Origin: Eledone cirrhosa
Taxonomy: Eukaryota
DNA: 62,539 bases
Assembly: GCA_964016885.1 (NCBI GenBank)
Contig: CAXHJY010000678.1
Location: 1 to 62,539 of the forward strand
Direction: 5' to 3'
Shown here: in pieces, positions 58,395 through 62,539 of the stretch
Layout of the letters: every line of letters starts with the position of its first letter
How positions within the stretch are numbered: the stretch's first letter is position 1
The notes under the pieces: generated by a model
What the model saw: only the letters and a program-made list of their open reading frames with translations
What the model was told of the DNA's origin: nothing
Databases searched by the model: none
Made by a program: the position numbers and the translations under genes

Positions 58395-59335
58395 AATGGT
58401 GTTGGTGGTGGTGAGGGTGGTGTTGTGCTGGTAGGAGTTGTGGTGGTGGTTGTGGTGTTGGTGGTGGTTCTCGTGGTGGTGGTATGGGGTTGTGATGGTG
58501 GTGGTGTTGTAGTGGTTGTTGTGGTGGTGAGGGTGTTGTTGGTGGTAGGGGTTGTGGTGGTGGTTGTGGTGCTGGTTGTCGTGGTGGTGGTATGGGGTTG
58601 TGATGGTGGTGGTCTTGGTAGTGGTTGTTGTGGTGGTGAGGGTGGTGGTAGTGGTAGGGGTTGTGGTGGTGGTTGTGGTGCTGGCCATAGGGATTGTGAT
58701 GGTGGTGGTTGTGGTAGTGGTGGTGGTGTTGGTGGTGGTAGTGGTAGGGGTTGTGGTGGTGGTGGTGGTGGTAGTTGATAGGGGTTGTGGTGGTGGTTGT
58801 TGTGTTGATGGTGGTTGTCGTGGTGGTGGTGGAGGGTGATGTTGGTGGTGGGTGTTGTAGTGGTGGTGGTGTTGGTGGTGGTAGTTATAGGGGTTGTGGT
58901 AGTGGTTGGTGCTGGAGGTTGTCGTGGTGGTGGTATGGGGTGGTGGTATGTTGGTGGTGTTGGTAGTTGTGATGGTGGTGGGAGTGTGGTGTTGTTGGTG
59001 GTGTTGGTGGTAGTGTTGGTAATGGTTGAGTTGGTGGTAGCGGTAGGGGTTGTGGTGGTGGTAGGGGTTGTGGTAGGAGTTGTGGTGGTGGTTGTGGTGT
59101 TGGTGATGGTTGTGGTGCTGGTGGTAGGGGTTGTGGTAGTGGTGGTGTTTGTAGTGGTTGTGGTGGTGGTGGTGGTGGTGGTGGTAGTGGTAGGGTGGTG
59201 GTGGTGGTATGGGGTTTGTGATGGTGGTGGTGGTAGGGGTTGTAGTGGTGGTGTTGGTAAAGGTTGTGGTGTTGGGTGCTAGGGATTGTGTTGGTGGTGG
59301 CGTTGGTAGTGGTTGTGATGGTGGTGGTTGTAGTC
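58395..59335. repeat. GT-rich degenerate minisatellite (GGTAGGGGTTGTGGT)
   Basis: Direct reading. Confidence 0.9.
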
Positions 59336-59589
59336 GTAGAAGATGTAGTGTAGGTAGTAGTATTAGTAGTAATAATAGCAGCAGTAGTAGAAACATCAAC
59401 AAACTAGCACTACAAGAAAAAATAAAACCATCACCACCACCAACAACAGCAACATCACCACCACCGCTCACAAAACCCCACCCCATACCACCATCAACAA
59501 CCTCACCACCAACAACAAAAACAACACCACCAACACCACCCACAAACCTCACGCCACACAACCCCCATCACCACCAACAGCCACACCAC

Positions 59590-59945
59590 CAACACCAACA
59601 CCACTCCCCCATTACCATCATCAACAGCAAACACCAACACCAACACCCCCATTACCATCATCAACAGCAACACCAACACCGCTCCCCCATTACCATCATC
59701 AACAGCAACACCAACACCGCTCCCCCATTACCATCCATCAACAGCAACACCAACACCACTTCCCCCATTACCATCATCAACAGCAACACCAACACCACTC
59801 CCCCATTACCATCATCAACAGCAACACCAACACCACTCCCCCCATTACCATCATCAACAGCAACACCAACACCACTCCCCCATTACCATCATCAACAGCA
59901 ACACCAACACCGCTCCCCCATTACCATCATCAACAGCAACACCAA
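59590..59945. repeat. ~38-bp minisatellite, ~9 copies (CTCCCCCATTACCATCATCAACAGCAACACCAACACCA)
   Basis: Direct reading. Confidence 0.9.
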
Positions 59946-60071
59946 TCAACACGCCCCCAACCACCACCACCATCACCACACTTACTCCCACCACACCACT
60001 ACCCCCGTCGTCACCAACACCAACACCAGCAACGACAACAACGACGACGACGGCAACAGCAGCAACAACAA

Positions 60072-60102
<31 letters not shown>

Positions 60103-60387
60103 GACAACAACAACAGCAACAACAGCAACACCCACTTACACCACCACCACACACCACCTACCTTACTCAGCAATATATACAACATGTGTTACTACCACTC
60201 TGTGCTATCTGTTACAGGTGAGATAACGGTTCGAACTATAAGGACATGTTATCAGTTGCACAGCTTCTTATTCCAAATGTCATGTCTTTTCTTTGCTTTA
60301 ATTATTCCATGTAGGATGACTTGCAAATGTCACCATCTTTATTTTTTTTACATCTCTCTCATTCCCCCCCTCTCTCTCTCTTTCATA

Positions 60388-60430
<43 letters not shown>

Positions 60431-60475
60431 TATATATATATGCAAGTGTGAGAGAGAGAGGTAATACATATATAT

Positions 60476-60521
<46 letters not shown>

Positions 60522-60561
60522 AGTGAGAGAAAAGAGTCGGTATATTATATATATATATATA

Positions 60562-60604
<43 letters not shown>

Positions 60605-60741
60605 ATATATATATATATGTGTGTGTACATATATATATATATGTGTGTGTACATATATATACATGTGTGTGTGTATATATATATATATACATGTGTGTGT
60701 ATATATATATATACATGTGTGTGTATATATATATATATACA

Positions 60742-60774
<33 letters not shown>

Positions 60775-61014
60775 TTGTGTGTATATATATATGTGGGTGT
60801 GTGTGTGTATATATATATATATGTATATATACATGTGGATATATACATATATATATACGCATTTATGCATACTAAGTGTTAATATATATATATATATATT
60901 ATATATATATATATATATTAACACTTAGTGCATCAGTGTTAGAATCTAGCAACACGTAGTTTAGTGTTTTCTTTCATCATCATCATCATTATTATTATTA
61001 AAGAGTTACGGCCC

Positions 61015-61146
61015 TTTACGTTCTGGGTTCAAATCTCGCCGAGGTTACTTTTGCCTTTCATCCTTTCGGGGTCGATAAAATGAAGTACTTGTTATCTACT
61101 GGGATAATTGTTGGCCTTGTGCCAAATTAGAAACAATTATTATTAT
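61015..61146 (+). mobile_element. tRNA-derived SINE fragment
   Basis: B-box-like GGTTCAAATC, body TTGCCTTTCATCCTTTCGGGGTCGATAAA, end GGCCTTGTGCCAAATTAGAAAC(AT-rich) tail. Confidence 0.7.
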
Positions 61147-61178
61147 TGCTATCAGAAAGACCACCAAACGGGTGGTTT

Positions 61179-61549
61179 TCTGCTAGCATGTGTAGTGCGT
61201 ATATCAATATACAGTATATATACAGTATATATACATGTAGATATGATACATCAAATAAAATCGTTATTGACAATATACACAGAAATTGAACGAAGACTGT
61301 GTTACACTGTCTTATGTAATCAGCAACGTAATCCATGATACATTAGTTAAACACGATATTATATATCTGCTAGCATGTGTAGTGTGTATATTGATATTAT
61401 ACGCAAGCATATATACATGTAGGCATGATACATCAACTAAAATAGAATTGACAATATATAATACATAGAAATTGAACGAAGACTGTGTTACACTGTCTTA
61501 TGTAATCAGTAACGTAATCCATGATACATTAGAAAAGACGATATTATAT
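61179..61549. repeat. Tandem duplication, 187-bp period
   Basis: TCTGCTAGCATGTGTAGTG at 61179 and 61366; shared AGAAATTGAACGAAGACTGTGTTACACTGTCTTATGTAATCAG. Confidence 0.92.
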
Positions 61550-61898
61550 GTAAACTGCATTAGGAGAAAATTAGTGACGGAAATTAATGAATGATTATTT
61601 AAGCGATCGGTAACCGCAAGTGTTGACATTTCAAAATTTTAAAGAAGTGAATCTTAAAATAAGCAACAATATTATTTATATCTAATCAATAATAACAACA
61701 TTTAGTATATAAATTATGTAATATTCATTCATTCTTTATTCAAAGTAATCCAACTTATTGTACAAACGGGAAAAAAAATAAATTGTGGACTCAGTCCCGC
61801 CCTTCTTACTTTATTATAGTTAAGATTATTATTTGACATTTTATCTAGGGGATTCACTAACCTTTCGTCTCCTAATTTACATTGTCAGTATATTCTGA

Positions 61899-61932
61899 CT
61901 TCTGATGATAGACTACGGTCCAACATGTTAAG
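61899..61932 (+). ncRNA. Degenerate hammerhead-like motif
   Basis: CTT CTGATGA TA GAC-TACG-GTC CAA(for GAAA) CATG TT AAG. Confidence 0.45.
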
Positions 61933-61958
61933 ACCTGTTTAACATTAAACTAACATAT

Positions 61959-62424
61959 GTATCAGCCGTACTAAGAGTGAGAAATGAAATTTCATTTTTT
62001 TCCATTTATCGTTTTCGGTACGCCCGGCCGACTAACTTACTCGATATGCAAATTAGGCTGCACAGCCGTTAATATGCATAAGGAAAGTATATACTTTCAA
62101 AACGTTGAATCATTGACAGGGTGATGAATACGGTGCTGATGACAGCTAATAAGCTAGAAACTACTTCATCGTTCCTTTGTCAGTGTTGAACAAAATGGCA
62201 ACGATGGTTGCCGAGCACTGTACGGCTTAATTCGGGCTGTGTGTTTACAAACAAACCGAGCATTATAATAAATGTTCGGTAAACCCATACGTACGTGTAT
62301 ATATGTGTGCATGTATGTATGTATATACATACTGCTGTACGTCTGTATACATATATGTATGTACGTATAAATACATACATACTTACATTTAAGTATCAGC
62401 CGTACTAAGAGTAAGAAATGAAAT
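61959..62424 (+). mobile_element. Family B full unit (434-bp period, 32-bp terminal direct repeat), retrozyme/pseudo-LTR-like
   Basis: GTATCAGCCGTACTAAGAGT(G/A)AGAAATGAAAT at 61959 and 62393; internal HHR. Confidence 0.82.
62130..62172 (+). ncRNA. Hammerhead ribozyme motif (family B)
   Basis: ACGGTG CTGATGA C AGCT-AATA-AGCT A GAAA CTAC TT CATCGT; stem I keeps pairing through G.U, stem III has a mismatch. Confidence 0.7.
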
Positions 62425-62426
62425 AA

Positions 62427-62539
<113 letters not shown>

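Noticed and set aside
58227-60882. Mucin-like or Gly/Val-rich long ORFs
   Set aside because: Low-complexity repeats running into microsatellite with no domain evidence
61015-61050. tRNA gene
   Set aside because: Only a B-box-like word with no cloverleaf; belongs to a SINE fragment

Overview
This window is AT-rich, repeat-saturated animal genomic DNA. SINE fragments and microsatellite style suggest a cephalopod such as Octopus (inference). No intact protein-coding gene, rRNA, tRNA gene or CRISPR array is visible, and almost all long ORFs are artefacts of (TA)n-type microsatellites or of a ~10.3-kb, 39-bp tandem array. The non-simple sequence consists mostly of retroelement remnants: three Penelope-like element (PLE) remnants with RT and/or GIY-YIG domains, each with a 5' inverted terminal segment; an RTE LINE with an inverted endonuclease part; a LINE 3' end; three tandem copies of a ~605-bp bipartite RTE-derived element; and SINE fragments. 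The main unannotated signal is a cluster of minimal type I hammerhead ribozyme (HHR) motifs (CUGANGA...GAAA-palindrome-UH) in about six different sequence contexts. These include 350-bp fold-back units with one HHR on each strand, repeated between (TA)n tracts, and a ~434-bp non-coding retrozyme-like unit with terminal redundancy. Ribozyme folds were assigned by eye and activity is untested.
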